Origin: an uncultured Candidatus Binatia bacterium | Lineage (GTDB): Bacteria; Desulfobacterota; Binatia; UBA9968; JAJDTQ01 | DNA: 64,000 bases | Assembly (NCBI GenBank): GCA_958295985.1 | Contig: OY282432.1 | Location: 3,928,517 to 3,992,516 of the forward strand | Direction: 5' to 3' | In this document: positions 9,839-19,381 of the stretch, piece by piece | Numbering within the stretch: position 1 is the stretch's first letter | How the letters are laid out: every line of letters starts with the position of its first letter | Translations under genes and position numbers: made by a program | Notes under the pieces: generated by a model | The model's database searches: none | What the model was told of the DNA's origin: nothing | What the model saw: only the letters and a program-made list of their open reading frames with translations

Positions 9839-9911
9839 CGCGGCATCTCACTGCCGGCTCCGGACGTGTCACCCGTTTCCTGCGGCCCTGGGTGGGTAGA
9901 GAGCTTGCATA

Positions 9912-9927
9912 CCAGACAAAAGTCTGG
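9912..9927 (+). promoter_or_regulatory. Perfect 16-bp palindrome CCAGAC-AAAA-GTCTGG; candidate LexA operator
   Basis: Read directly. It ends 1 nt before the ATG at 9929 and 13 nt before the ATG at 9941 of lexA. LexA genes are normally autoregulated through a palindromic box in this position. The box sequence does not match any LexA consensus I can recall. Confidence 0.4.
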
Positions 9928-9940
9928 CATGTGCATCTTC

Positions 9941-10543
9941 ATGGCGCCTTTCACTCCACCGGGAGAGACCCGGGAAAAGGTTTACCGGTTCGTTCGCAGG
10001 CGTATCATCGAGGAGCTTCCCCCGACGGTCCGGGAGGTCCAGGAGGCGTTTCGGTTCAGGGCGGTGCAGACCGCCCGGCAGCATCTTGAACGCCTGGTGA
10101 GCGAGGGGCGTCTGGTCAAGGCGCGGGGGAAATCCAGGGGCTATCGCCTGCCGCAAGAGCCGGGAACGCTGCTCGTTCCCTTGCTGGGGCAGGTGCAGGC
10201 CGGCGGACTCAGAGCGGCCATCGAGGAGTGCGAGGGTTACCTCCCGGTCCGGTCACGGGGCTCGGAAGAGCTGTTCGGGCTCCGGGTCCATGGGGAAAGC
10301 ATGACCGGAGCAGGGATCCTTCCAGGCGATATCGTCGTCGTGAGACAGCAGGCGGAAGCCGTCTCGGGGGATATCGTCGTCGCCCTGGTAGGCGATGAGG
10401 CCACCATCAAGAGGCTCCGCCTGCGCCGGAACGGGATAGAGCTGCATCCGGAGAATCCGGCTTTCGCGCCGATCATCCCGAGGACCGATGAATGCACGCT
10501 CCTGGGCAAGGTGGTGGAGGTGCGACGGTATCTGGAAGGGTGA
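9941..10543 (+). CDS. lexA: LexA repressor (SOS regulator, S24 autopeptidase)
   Basis: Lies inside ORF 9731..10543. MAPFTPPGETREKVYRFVRRRI... is a winged HTH. The cleavage site is VQAGG, the catalytic Ser is in HGESMTGAGI and the Lys is in TIKRL. The start could also be ATG 9929. Confidence 0.9.
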   Translation: MAPFTPPGETREKVYRFVRRRIIEELPPTVREVQEAFRFRAVQTARQHLERLVSEGRLVKARGKSRGYRLPQEPGTLLVPLLGQVQAGGLRAAIEECEGYLPVRSRGSEELFGLRVHGESMTGAGILPGDIVVVRQQAEAVSGDIVVALVGDEATIKRLRLRRNGIELHPENPAFAPIIPRTDECTLLGKVVEVRRYLEG

Positions 10544-10553
10544 GGGAGCTTTC

Positions 10554-11201
10554 ATGGACGTTTTCGCCGAAAAGAGCCGTGAGTGGACGGCGAGTCCGGT
10601 CGCCGCCCCCGCGGCAGGGCGGCGCCGGCCTGCCCGTGAACCTGCAAGGGCCTGGAACCTGTCCTCCCTGGCCGGACGTCTCACGGAGATCTCCGACTCC
10701 GGCGCGGCCCCTTCGCTCACGGCCGCCGCCGCCCTGATCCTCCAGGCCCAGCAGCGTGGGGAGCCCGCAGCATGGATCGGTTTCGGCAACTCGATCTTCT
10801 TCCCGCCGGACTTCGTCGAGTGGGGCATCGATCTCGCGGCCTTGCCGGTGATCCGCGTTCCCGACGCCCTCACCGCGTCCCATGCGGCCGACCAACTGCT
10901 GCGCTCCGGGGCTTTCGGGCTGGTGGTGCTGGACCTGAAGGCCCAGGCACGGATGCCTATGGCGGTCCAGAGCCGTCTGGCGGCGCTGGCCCGCAGGCAC
11001 CATGCGGCGCTCCTCTGCCTCACCCGCAAGCAGAAGGGCGCACCCTCGCTGGGACCCCTGGTGTCGCTCCATGGCGAAGGAAGGATCACGCGGACCGCCT
11101 TCAGCCGCTTCAACTGGGAAATCCGCATCGTCAAGGACAAGCGGGGGGCTCCGGGATGGAGCCACACGGAGTCGTGCCGTGGAACGGATGGCCTGTGTTG
11201 A
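10554..11201 (+). CDS. imuA: ImuA (RecA/SulA-like component of the translesion mutagenesis cassette)
   Basis: Lies inside ORF 10488..11201. ATG at 10554 follows GAGGGAG, 10 nt after the lexA stop. The size (~215 aa) and the position between lexA and imuB match the known lexA-imuA-imuB-dnaE2 cassette. Confidence 0.8.
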   Translation: MDVFAEKSREWTASPVAAPAAGRRRPAREPARAWNLSSLAGRLTEISDSGAAPSLTAAAALILQAQQRGEPAAWIGFGNSIFFPPDFVEWGIDLAALPVIRVPDALTASHAADQLLRSGAFGLVVLDLKAQARMPMAVQSRLAALARRHHAALLCLTRKQKGAPSLGPLVSLHGEGRITRTAFSRFNWEIRIVKDKRGAPGWSHTESCRGTDGLC

Positions 11202-12687
11202 CGTTGCGGCCTTTCCGCTGCAACTGCTGCTCCGGGATCATCCGGACTGGAAGGACCATCCTGCCGCGGTGGTGGACCGGGACAAGGCCCGGGGAACCAT
11301 CCTCCGGGTGAACCATCGGGCGCGGGCCCTGCGCATCCTTCCGGGCATGCGCCACGGCGCGGGGCTTGCGCTTTCGCGCCATCTCCGGGCGGGCGTCATT
11401 TCCCGTACAGCCATCGAAAAAGCCGTGACCGCCCTGGTTCCACGGCTGCGGCGCTTTGCCGCGGAGGTGGAACCCTCCCGGGACGAGCCCGGGGTGTTCT
11501 GGCTCGGAGCCTCGGGCCTTTCCCTGCTCCATCCCTGCCTGGAGGAATGGGCCGGACTCATCCATGACGACCTCGCCGGCGCTGGCCTCCACAACACCGT
11601 GGCCGTGGGATTCTCCCGTTTCGGCAGCTATGCCGCGGCCAAGGCTTGTGACCGAACCGTGGTCTTCCGGACGTCCGCAGAAGAGCATGACCATGTTCGC
11701 GGCGTCCTGCTCGAACGCCTCGATTTCACCCCCAACGTCCGCGACCTCCTGGACCGGCTCGGCATCCACACCCTGGGGGGCTTCCTGGACCTGCCCGCGT
11801 CCCAGGTGCGTTCGCGTCTCGGACGGGAAGCCCACCGGCTCCACCGGCTGGCCGCGGGCGATCTCTGGAGCCCGCTCCATCCGGAGATACCGTCCGAGCC
11901 GGCGACCGCGGGGACCCTCCTCGATTATCCGGAAACCGACCACCCGCGGCTGGCGGTCCTGGTGGAAGAGCTGCTGGAGCCGTTGCTCGACTCGCTGGAC
12001 CGGCGGCACGAGGTGATGACCTCGCTCATCCTCCGCCTTCACCTGGACGACAAATCGCAGAGGACCGAGACCCTTCGGCCGGCAAGGCCCACCCTGGACC
12101 GGGCGCAGATCCTGGACCTGCTGCGGCTCCGCATGGAAGCCACGGCGCTGCCGGCCGGGGTGACCGAAATCGTCCTGGAGGTCCGGGGGGCCTCGCCCGA
12201 CATCCGGCAAGGGGAGCTTTTCCACCGCGCCTCCGCCCGGGACCGTGACGCGGCCAACCGCGCCCTGGCGCGGCTGCGGGCCCGGTTCGGCGACGGCGCG
12301 CTCTTGCGGGCGCGTCCGCAGCCGGGGCACCTTCCCGAAGCGCGCTTTACCTGGGAACCCATGGAAGAAGCCGTTCCGCCGCCAAGGCCGCACAGGGTGC
12401 TGCTGCGCCCGCTGGTCCGGCGGTTCTTTTCCAGGCCCGTCAGGCTCCCGGACGCCGGGGGGCTTGCGGCCGGTGCTGAGCCGCGGGTTGCCGAGGGCCG
12501 GACCGAAGACACCCCTTTCACCCGGGAGAGCTCCGGCCCCTACATCGTCTCCGGGGGATGGTGGGGACCCGGTGTCAGGGAGGTGCACCGCGAGTATCAC
12601 TTCGTCCGCGACGGTGAAGGTCCCTGGCTGTGGATCTACTATGACCGGAAGCGGCGGGGCTGGTTCCTGCACGGAAAGGTGGAATAG
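11188..12687 (+). CDS. imuB: ImuB (catalytically inactive Y-family polymerase-like protein)
   Basis: Lies inside ORF 11002..12687, starting [21 protein letters not shown]...[27 protein letters not shown]..., a Y-family palm-like N-terminus. It overlaps the imuA end by 14 nt. Confidence 0.85.
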   Translation: MACVDVAAFPLQLLLRDHPDWKDHPAAVVDRDKARGTILRVNHRARALRILPGMRHGAGLALSRHLRAGVISRTAIEKAVTALVPRLRRFAAEVEPSRDEPGVFWLGASGLSLLHPCLEEWAGLIHDDLAGAGLHNTVAVGFSRFGSYAAAKACDRTVVFRTSAEEHDHVRGVLLERLDFTPNVRDLLDRLGIHTLGGFLDLPASQVRSRLGREAHRLHRLAAGDLWSPLHPEIPSEPATAGTLLDYPETDHPRLAVLVEELLEPLLDSLDRRHEVMTSLILRLHLDDKSQRTETLRPARPTLDRAQILDLLRLRMEATALPAGVTEIVLEVRGASPDIRQGELFHRASARDRDAANRALARLRARFGDGALLRARPQPGHLPEARFTWEPMEEAVPPPRPHRVLLRPLVRRFFSRPVRLPDAGGLAAGAEPRVAEGRTEDTPFTRESSGPYIVSGGWWGPGVREVHREYHFVRDGEGPWLWIYYDRKRRGWFLHGKVE

Positions 12688-12692
12688 GGAAG

Positions 12693-15600
12693 ATGCCGGT
12701 CCGAACGGGGCAGCTCCCCTCTTCCTATGCGCCCCTCTACTGCAAGAGCCACTATTCGTTCCTCGAGGGGGCGAGCCATCCCGAGGAGCTGCTGGAGAGA
12801 GCGGCGGAGTTGGGGATCGGGTCGCTTGGCCTGACCGACCGGGACGGCGTCTACGGCATCGTGCGGGCTCATGTGAAGGCCCGGGAGCTGGACCTGCACC
12901 TCATGACCGGCTCCCGGATGACCCTGACCGACGGCTCCTCCATCCTCCTTCTCGCCGCGGACGGAACCGGCTACGCCCATCTCTGCCGGCTGATCTCCGC
13001 CGGACGCCTCCGCTCTCCCAAGGGAAAGAGCGTCGTGGAGTGGCACGAGATCTGCGCTCACGCCCGCGGGCTCATGGCCCTCTGGGGTGGAGAGGACAGC
13101 CTGCTGGTGCGGGAGCCGGACCCCGCGTTCGTCGCCCGGGACCTCCGGGACGCCTTCGGCGACCGGCTCTATGCGCTGGTGACCCGCCATCGCCGCGCGG
13201 AAGAGGCGCGGCAGGAGCGGCGGCTGCGGGAGCGGGCGCGGCGCTACGGCATCCTCACCGTGGCGGCCACCGAGGTGCTCTATCACCACCCCTCGCGTCG
13301 CCAACTCCAGGACGTGCTCACCTGCATCCGCCACGGGGTCCGGCTGGCGACCGCGGGGCGTCTGATCAGGCCCAACGCGGAGCACGACCTGAAGTCCCCG
13401 TCCGCGTTCGCGGCCCTGTTCGAGGACGACCCGGACTCCGTCGCCCGCACCCTGGAAGTGGCCGCCCGCTGCCGGTTCTCCCTGGACGAGATCCGCTACC
13501 GCTACCCTTCCGAGAAGCTGCCGGACGGGAAGACCTCCGGGGAGTGGCTCCGGGACCTCACCTTCCAGGGGGCCGGGGAGCGCTACCGCGGCCGCGTCCC
13601 GGAAGACATCCGGACCCAGCTCGAGCGAGAGCTTCAGGTCATCGGCGAGCTCGCCTACGAGGGCTATTTCCTCACCATGTGGGACATCGTCCGGTTCTGC
13701 CGGAGCAACGAGATCCTCTGCCAGGGACGCGGCTCCGCGGCCAATTCCGCAGTGTGCTATTGCCTCGGCATCACGGCCATCGATCCGGTGCGCATGGAAC
13801 TGCTCTTCGAGCGGTTCATCTCCAGGGAGCGGGCCGAGCCGCCCGACATCGACCTCGATATCGAGCACAACCGCCGCGAGGAAGTCATCCAGTACCTTTA
13901 CCGCAAGCACGGCCGCACCCACGCGGCCATGGTGGCCAACTTCATCCGCTACCGCGGGCGTTCCGCGGTCCGGGACGTGGGCAAGGTCCTGGGGCTGGCG
14001 GAGACCGCGGTCCACCGCGTCACCAGGCTGCTGGGCCATTTCGAGCGGGTGGATGCGCAACTGCTCGAAAGCGCCGGCCTCGATCCCCACGTGCATCGGG
14101 ACCTGCTGCGGCTGGTGGCGGAGATCCAGGACTTCCCACGCCATCTGTCCATTCACCCCGGCGGATTTCTGCTCGGCCACAAGCCGGTACGGGACCTGGT
14201 CCCCATCGAGAACGCGGCCATGCGCGACCGCACGGTCATCCAGTGGGACAAGGAGGATCTGGAAAGCCTCAAGCTCTTCAAGGTGGACCTGCTCGGGCTC
14301 GGCATGCTGACCGTCGTCGACCGGTCTTTCCGCCTCATCGGGAAGCACTGGGGCAGGACCTTCTCCCTGGCCACGATTCCCAGGGATGATCCCGCGACCT
14401 TCGCCATGATCTGCAAGGCCGATACCGTGGGGGTCTTCCAGATCGAGAGCCGCGCGCAGATGACCATGCTGCCCCGGCTCAAACCCCGGGAGTACTACGA
14501 TCTGGTCATCGAGGTCAGCATTGTCCGGCCGGGGCCCATCGTGGGGGGCATGGTGCATCCCTATCTGCGCCGCCGAAACGGCGAGGAGACGGTTACCTAC
14601 CCCCACCCCTCCCTAGAACCCATCCTCAAGAAAACACTGGGAGTGCCGCTGTTCCAGGAGCAGGTCATGCGGCTGGCCGTGGCAGCCGCGGACTATACCC
14701 CCGGGGAGGCCGATCAGCTCCGGCGCGACATGGCCGCCTGGAGAAGATCGGGAAGGATCGAGCGGCACCGGGACCGGTTCATCTCCCGCATGGAAGCCAA
14801 GGGCATCAGCAAGGACTTCGCGACCCAGGTGTTCGAGCAGATTCGCGGCTTCGGCGACTACGGCTTCCCCGAAAGCCACGCGGCAAGCTTTGCCTATATC
14901 GCCTACGCGTCGTCATGGCTCAAGCGTCACTACCCCACGGCCTTTGCCTGCGCGCTGCTCAACGCCCAACCCATGGGTTTCTATGCGCCGGCCACCATCG
15001 TGGACGACGCCAAACGGCACGGGGTCCGCGTGCTGCCGGTGGACATCCGTCACAGCGACTGGGACTGCACCCTCGAAAGGCCGGCCGGCGGACAGGCCGG
15101 CGATTCCACGGTCCACGCCCTGCGCATGGGCCTGCGGTACGTGAAAGGACTCCGGGAAGCCGACTGGCAGCGCATCGGCAACGCCCGGCGCAACGGCCCG
15201 TTCCGGTCCCTGGCCGATCTCGCCTCCCGCACCGGGCTGCGCCAGGACATCCTCGACCGCCTGGCCGAAGCCGGAGCACTGACCCCACGGACCTCTCGGC
15301 GGCGCCAGGTCCTCTGGCAGGTCCAGGGACTCCACGCGGCCGGAGGCGATGCCCTGTCCCTCAAGACCCCCGAGGCGCCGGTTCCGTTCGAACCCCTGAG
15401 CGACCTCGAGTCCATTGTGTGGGATTACCGGACCACCGACCACAGCCCGCGGGGCCATCCGTTGACCCACCTGCGCAAGCAGCTTGCCGCTTCGGGGCTT
15501 CCCGACGCCGTGACCGTGCAGCGAATGCCCCACGGCCGCCGCGTGGACTACGCCGGGATCGTCATCTCCCGTCAACGGCCCAAGACCGCCAAGGGCGTCA

Positions 15601-15818
15601 TCTTCATGACCCTCGAAGACGAAACCGGCTTTGTCAACGTCATCCTGTGGCAAAACGTCTATGAGAAATTCCGCGTCACCGCCAAGGCCCTGTCGTTCAT
15701 GGGCGTCAGCGGAACCTTGCAGAACGAGTCCGGCGTCGCGCACCTCGTCGCGGAATCCGTCTGGCGGCCGAAACTCGACACGGAGCCGGTGCGACGGAAG
15801 AGCCGGGACTTCCAGTAA
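12693..15818 (+). CDS. dnaE2: Error-prone DNA polymerase III alpha subunit DnaE2
   Basis: ORF 1041 aa with a PHP domain N-terminus ([22 protein letters not shown]), a Pol III alpha core (...[17 protein letters not shown]...PDIDLDIEH...) and an OB-fold C-terminus. The cassette context supports the call. Confidence 0.95.
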   Translation: MPVRTGQLPSSYAPLYCKSHYSFLEGASHPEELLERAAELGIGSLGLTDRDGVYGIVRAHVKARELDLHLMTGSRMTLTDGSSILLLAADGTGYAHLCRLISAGRLRSPKGKSVVEWHEICAHARGLMALWGGEDSLLVREPDPAFVARDLRDAFGDRLYALVTRHRRAEEARQERRLRERARRYGILTVAATEVLYHHPSRRQLQDVLTCIRHGVRLATAGRLIRPNAEHDLKSPSAFAALFEDDPDSVARTLEVAARCRFSLDEIRYRYPSEKLPDGKTSGEWLRDLTFQGAGERYRGRVPEDIRTQLERELQVIGELAYEGYFLTMWDIVRFCRSNEILCQGRGSAANSAVCYCLGITAIDPVRMELLFERFISRERAEPPDIDLDIEHNRREEVIQYLYRKHGRTHAAMVANFIRYRGRSAVRDVGKVLGLAETAVHRVTRLLGHFERVDAQLLESAGLDPHVHRDLLRLVAEIQDFPRHLSIHPGGFLLGHKPVRDLVPIENAAMRDRTVIQWDKEDLESLKLFKVDLLGLGMLTVVDRSFRLIGKHWGRTFSLATIPRDDPATFAMICKADTVGVFQIESRAQMTMLPRLKPREYYDLVIEVSIVRPGPIVGGMVHPYLRRRNGEETVTYPHPSLEPILKKTLGVPLFQEQVMRLAVAAADYTPGEADQLRRDMAAWRRSGRIERHRDRFISRMEAKGISKDFATQVFEQIRGFGDYGFPESHAASFAYIAYASSWLKRHYPTAFACALLNAQPMGFYAPATIVDDAKRHGVRVLPVDIRHSDWDCTLERPAGGQAGDSTVHALRMGLRYVKGLREADWQRIGNARRNGPFRSLADLASRTGLRQDILDRLAEAGALTPRTSRRRQVLWQVQGLHAAGGDALSLKTPEAPVPFEPLSDLESIVWDYRTTDHSPRGHPLTHLRKQLAASGLPDAVTVQRMPHGRRVDYAGIVISRQRPKTAKGVIFMTLEDETGFVNVILWQNVYEKFRVTAKALSFMGVSGTLQNESGVAHLVAESVWRPKLDTEPVRRKSRDFQ

Positions 15819-15975
15819 GACGGCCGCAGTCCGGGCGGGTGAGGTAGTCCCGGAAAACCGGACAGGAGGCCAGGGTGTACCAAGCCTTGAGGAGGGCCAA
15901 CCGGATGACCGGGAAACGGCGTCGAGCCACGCCGGAGTTCAGAGCGCGGGGCACTCGATTCCTGCGGCGCAGACT

Positions 15976-16605
15976 CTAGCCCTGACTCTTGGGAAAGTCG
16001 AACAGCACCTCGGCGCCACGGGCATACCCCACTGCGGACCAGGTGTCCGTCTCGAACCCGAGATGCAGCACGCCACAGGTGGGCAGGTTGGGGATCGGCC
16101 GCGGTCCCAGGTGGTTGGCGAGCTCGGTCAACCCGGGGTTGTGGCCGAACAGCATCAACGTCGCCACCGACTCGTCCACGCCGCGGATCACGTCGAGCAG
16201 GTCGGCGACGGCAGCGCCGTAGAGACGCTCTTCCACCGCGATGCTTCCGCGCGCATAACCGAGCTTCTCGGCGATGGTCCGCGCCGTCTCCAGCGCCCGT
16301 ACCGCGGGGCTCGACACGATCCGGTCGAGCCTGTACCGGCGCCGCGCAAGCCGGTCGCCCATCTCGGGCGCGTCCCGCTTCCCCCGACTGTTGAGCGGTC
16401 TGTCACGGTCGCTCAGGGTGCGGTCCTGCCAACTCGACTTGGCGTGCCGTACCAGGATCAGTTGCTTGGTCCCGGTACGTGCGGTAGCGAACTCCGACTC
16501 AGTGCCGTGTTTCCACCGGACGCGACGCTTTCGTGTGCCGCTCGTGCTCAAGCGAGTCTCCACGGAGTAATCCGTCTCTTCATCGCAATCGACGTCACGA
16601 TTCAC
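15976..16605 (-). CDS. Histidine-phosphatase superfamily protein, SixA-like, with an N-terminal extension
   Basis: ORF 15976..16674. The core reads KQLILVRHAKSSWQD...DRPLNSRGKRDA...LMLFGHNPGL (RHA/G and GH motifs). No ATG lies near the core. GTG at 16605..16603 overlaps the TGA of the upstream MNT gene (GTGA). The start is uncertain; GTG 16560 is also possible. Confidence 0.7.
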   Translation of the reverse strand: MNRDVDCDEETDYSVETRLSTSGTRKRRVRWKHGTESEFATARTGTKQLILVRHAKSSWQDRTLSDRDRPLNSRGKRDAPEMGDRLARRRYRLDRIVSSPAVRALETARTIAEKLGYARGSIAVEERLYGAAVADLLDVIRGVDESVATLMLFGHNPGLTELANHLGPRPIPNLPTCGVLHLGFETDTWSAVGYARGAEVLFDFPKSQG

Positions 16606-16937
16606 AGGACGGACACCCCTTCGTGTTCCACGGCTTGCTGAAAGGGGAAGCCGCGTCTCTTCCGGTCCTCCCATTCTTCCTGGGTGTAGGCGAGAATCGA
16701 CGGCACGGCATCGGACACCACTGCCAACTCGTATCCGATCTCCCGCAATGGAAGCTTGAGGTGGTCAGTACCATCCTTGACCACGAGAAGTACGTCGAGG
16801 TCGCTGTCTTCTCGGGCATCACCGCGCGCCTTGGAGCCGTATATGACCATGCGCAAGACCGTGCCGGGGTGCCGTTCGTCGAGCACCTTTCGGTATTCGT
16901 CCAGCCATGTTTGTTCTTCGGGGTGAAGCGTCAGCAT
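16602..16937 (-). CDS. Minimal nucleotidyltransferase (MNT/MntA-like, Pol-beta superfamily)
   Basis: This is the last 111 aa of ORF 16602..17801: MLTLHPEEQTWLDEYRKVLDERHPGTVLRMVIYGSKARGDAREDSDLDVLLVV..., carrying the GS-x9-12-DxD NTase motif. Upstream of ATG 16937 the ORF is Arg/Pro-rich junk antisense to the nitrilase gene. Confidence 0.8.
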   Translation of the reverse strand: MLTLHPEEQTWLDEYRKVLDERHPGTVLRMVIYGSKARGDAREDSDLDVLLVVKDGTDHLKLPLREIGYELAVVSDAVPSILAYTQEEWEDRKRRGFPFQQAVEHEGVSVL

Positions 16938-17062
16938 TGTTCTACACCTTGACATCGTATACCTGTGACGTGTCGTTGCCGAAAATGTCGATGACCTTCC
17001 CCAAGGCGTCCTGTGCTCGTGAACCGGGCCTTGACCCTCCGCCCCTTGACGGGATTCAACGG

Positions 17063-17926
17063 TCACGCGACCGCGTGGCGTCTCGACTCGGGCTGGGCCG
17101 GGGGGCTGAACCGTCGGTCGTGTTGGAGGCTCGGGATGCGTTTGCGGACACTGGCGACGCTCTCCATGTCCACGGTGGCGACGATGGTGCTGACGCCGTC
17201 GCCGCCCTCGGCCAGGACCTCCCCCCAAGGGGAGACGATAAGGGAGTGGCCGTAGACGGCGCCGCCGCCGGGTACCGAGCCCACGGCACAGGGGGCCACC
17301 ACCACGGCGCCGTTCTCGATGGCCCGGGCGCGGTTCAACACGTGCCAGTGGGCCTGTCCCGTGACCTTCATGAACGCGGCCGGCACCGCCAGTATCTCCG
17401 CGCCGGCGTGGGCTAGCGAACGGTAGAGGTGTGGAAAACGCAAGTCGTAGCACGTGGTCATACCGAGACGGCCCCACGGCGTGTCCGTTACCACGGCCTG
17501 CCCGCCCGGGTTGATCACCGCGGACTCGCGGTAGCGCTCGGTTTCGGACAGGTCCACGTCGAACAGGTGGATCTTGTCGTAGCGGGCGCGGATCTCGCCT
17601 TTGTCGTCCACCAGGAAACCGCGGTTGATGAGCCGGCCTTCGGGGCCATCCACCGCCACAGAGCCGATGAGCGTCCACACGCCGGCATCGCGGCTGAAGC
17701 CGCGTAACGCCTCGAGGACCGGGTGGCTCGCCTCCGGCGCCGCGGGTGGCTTGAGCACGCCGTTTTCGCTCTTGAGCCCGCCGCAGTACTCGGGCAGGCA
17801 CACCAGTTCGGCGCCCGCGGCGACCGCGTCGCCGGCCAGGCGGCAGGCGGCCTCGATGGCCTCGTCGAAGGTCGGCAGAGCCGGCGTCTGGACACAGCCG
17901 ATCCGTACTTCCCGCGTTGTCGTCAT
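17063..17926 (-). CDS. Carbon-nitrogen hydrolase (nitrilase superfamily)
   Basis: ORF 17063..17983 with an internal ATG at 17926: MTTTREVRIGCVQT...LVCLPEY...YDKIHLFDV...GMTTCYDLRFPHLY.... This is the Glu-Lys-Cys triad context. Confidence 0.85.
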   Translation of the reverse strand: MTTTREVRIGCVQTPALPTFDEAIEAACRLAGDAVAAGAELVCLPEYCGGLKSENGVLKPPAAPEASHPVLEALRGFSRDAGVWTLIGSVAVDGPEGRLINRGFLVDDKGEIRARYDKIHLFDVDLSETERYRESAVINPGGQAVVTDTPWGRLGMTTCYDLRFPHLYRSLAHAGAEILAVPAAFMKVTGQAHWHVLNRARAIENGAVVVAPCAVGSVPGGGAVYGHSLIVSPWGEVLAEGGDGVSTIVATVDMESVASVRKRIPSLQHDRRFSPPAQPESRRHAVA

Positions 17927-18064
17927 GGTGTTCTCTCCCGGGGGTCCATGTTTCTGTTTCCCTGACTCCTGTTTTCCTGACATCCCTCCGGTCGAGTTTA
18001 GCGCGTTGTCAAGAAATTACGAAGCATTCGAACTCCCGGAGGCGGTTGGAGGTGGTTCCCCGCT

Positions 18065-18107
18065 CCATTCCCCTGCCTCTCGCTACGATTCGCCTACTCG
18101 GACAGGC
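18065..18107 (-). repeat. Interspersed ~43-nt repeat, copy 1; overlaps the last 7 codons and TAG of the enolase-family gene
   Basis: The plus strand reads ccattcccctgcctctcgctacgattcgcctactcggacaggc, against 54730-54772 ccatttccctgcctctcgctacgattcgctgactcggacgggc. I count about 39/43 identical by eye. Confidence 0.8.
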
Positions 18108-19267
18108 GACTGGCCTGCATCCCGCAAGGTCGGACGCCATAGCGCGAGGTCGCCACCACCGTCGAAGTGGAAGCGTCGGAGGGCTTCGGGGTCGAGGGTG
18201 ACGCCCAGACCGGGGCCGTCGGGGGGCCGCATGGAGCCGTTGTCCGGTTCCAGGGGTTCCTGGAGCAGGTCGCTACGGAGCGGGTTCTCGTTGTAGTCGA
18301 ACTCCATGACCGCGCTGTTGTCCAGGGCCGCGGCCAGATGCAGGCTGGCGGCTAGGGCGACGCCGTCGCCGTAGGTGTGGAGCGAGACGGGAAGACCGCG
18401 TCCGGCGGCCGCCGCGGCAATGGTGCGCACCTCGCTGATGCCGCCGGCCCGGGCCACGTCGGGCTGCAGCACGTCCACGGCGTCTCGCGCCATGAACGAT
18501 TCGAAGGCGAAGCGGGTGTGGAGATTCTCGCCGAGGGCCACTGGGACGGCGGTGGCGGCCTTCAGTCGCGCATGGCCGGCGACGTCCTCCATGAACAACG
18601 GCTCCTCCAGCCAACCGATCCCCAGCTTTTCGAACGCCGCGGCCGCGGCCAGGGCCGCGTCCAGCCCGTAGCCCATGTTGGCGTCGGTCATGAGCGGGAA
18701 GTCGGGTCCCAGGGCCGACCGCACCGCGGTCACGATCTCGATATCCTGGGCGAGGTCGAAGCCCACCTTGATCTTGATCCCGTGGAAGCCCTGGCGCGCC
18801 AACACCTCGGCCTTCTCCACCGCGGCCTTTGTTGCCTCCGGATACAGCGCGGTGGCGTAGACCTCGACCCGGTCTCGGACCTTGCCGCCCAGCAGCTCGT
18901 GCACCGGTGCCCGCTTCACCTTGCCGGCGATGTCCCACAGTGCGATATCCACGCCGCTGAGGGCGACCACCCCGACCCCTCTGGAACCGAAGGCGCGAAC
19001 GCCGGCGCGGAAATAGGCCGTGTCCCAGACCTCCTTGATGGCGAGGGGGTCCATGCCGACGAGCAGCGGTTTGAGCACGTGGGCGACAATGGCTTCCAGC
19101 ACCAACCCGTTGCCTGAGCAAGAACCCACGCCCGTGACTCCCGCGTCGGTGTGGACCTCCACCAGCAACGCGTAGCGGTGGGTGCGTACACCCGTCCGGC
19201 TTTCCACCCGGCCCTGAGCGCCCATCGGCGCGCGCAGGCGAACGGTCCTGATGTCCGTGATCTTCAT
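18083..19267 (-). CDS. Enolase-superfamily enzyme (mandelate racemase / muconate lactonizing enzyme family)
   Basis: C-terminal 394 aa of the chimeric ORF 18083..20380, beginning at ATG 19267: MKITDIRTVRLR...GHGIKIKVG...LMTDANMGY...GIGWLEEP...ALGENL...DVLQPDV.... The metal ligands D/E/E(D) are spaced as in MR/MLE proteins. Confidence 0.85.
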   Translation of the reverse strand: MKITDIRTVRLRAPMGAQGRVESRTGVRTHRYALLVEVHTDAGVTGVGSCSGNGLVLEAIVAHVLKPLLVGMDPLAIKEVWDTAYFRAGVRAFGSRGVGVVALSGVDIALWDIAGKVKRAPVHELLGGKVRDRVEVYATALYPEATKAAVEKAEVLARQGFHGIKIKVGFDLAQDIEIVTAVRSALGPDFPLMTDANMGYGLDAALAAAAAFEKLGIGWLEEPLFMEDVAGHARLKAATAVPVALGENLHTRFAFESFMARDAVDVLQPDVARAGGISEVRTIAAAAAGRGLPVSLHTYGDGVALAASLHLAAALDNSAVMEFDYNENPLRSDLLQEPLEPDNGSMRPPDGPGLGVTLDPEALRRFHFDGGGDLALWRPTLRDAGQSPVRVGES

Positions 19268-19381
19268 TCGCGTGTTCCCCGTCTTTCGGCCAAGGCGGAC
19301 CAGCCTTGACACCCTCCGTCCGCCGGAAGTAGATTCCCAACCGGACGCCGCCTCGAAGAAAACCCTGGCCTCGAAGGAGCT

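Noticed and set aside
12245-14606. 714-aa plus-strand and 655-aa minus-strand ORFs inside dnaE2
   Set aside because: They are alternative-frame and antisense shadows of dnaE2. They are Pro/Arg/Gly-rich and have no motifs.
16938-17062. Search for a HEPN toxin ORF next to the MNT gene
   Set aside because: The 125-nt gap has no ORF, and the downstream overlapping gene is a histidine phosphatase rather than a HEPN protein. See the MNT-SixA finding.
16602-17801. 399-aa ORF extending the MNT gene upstream
   Set aside because: Only the last 111 aa resemble a nucleotidyltransferase. The remainder is Arg/Pro/Gly junk antisense to the nitrilase-family gene.
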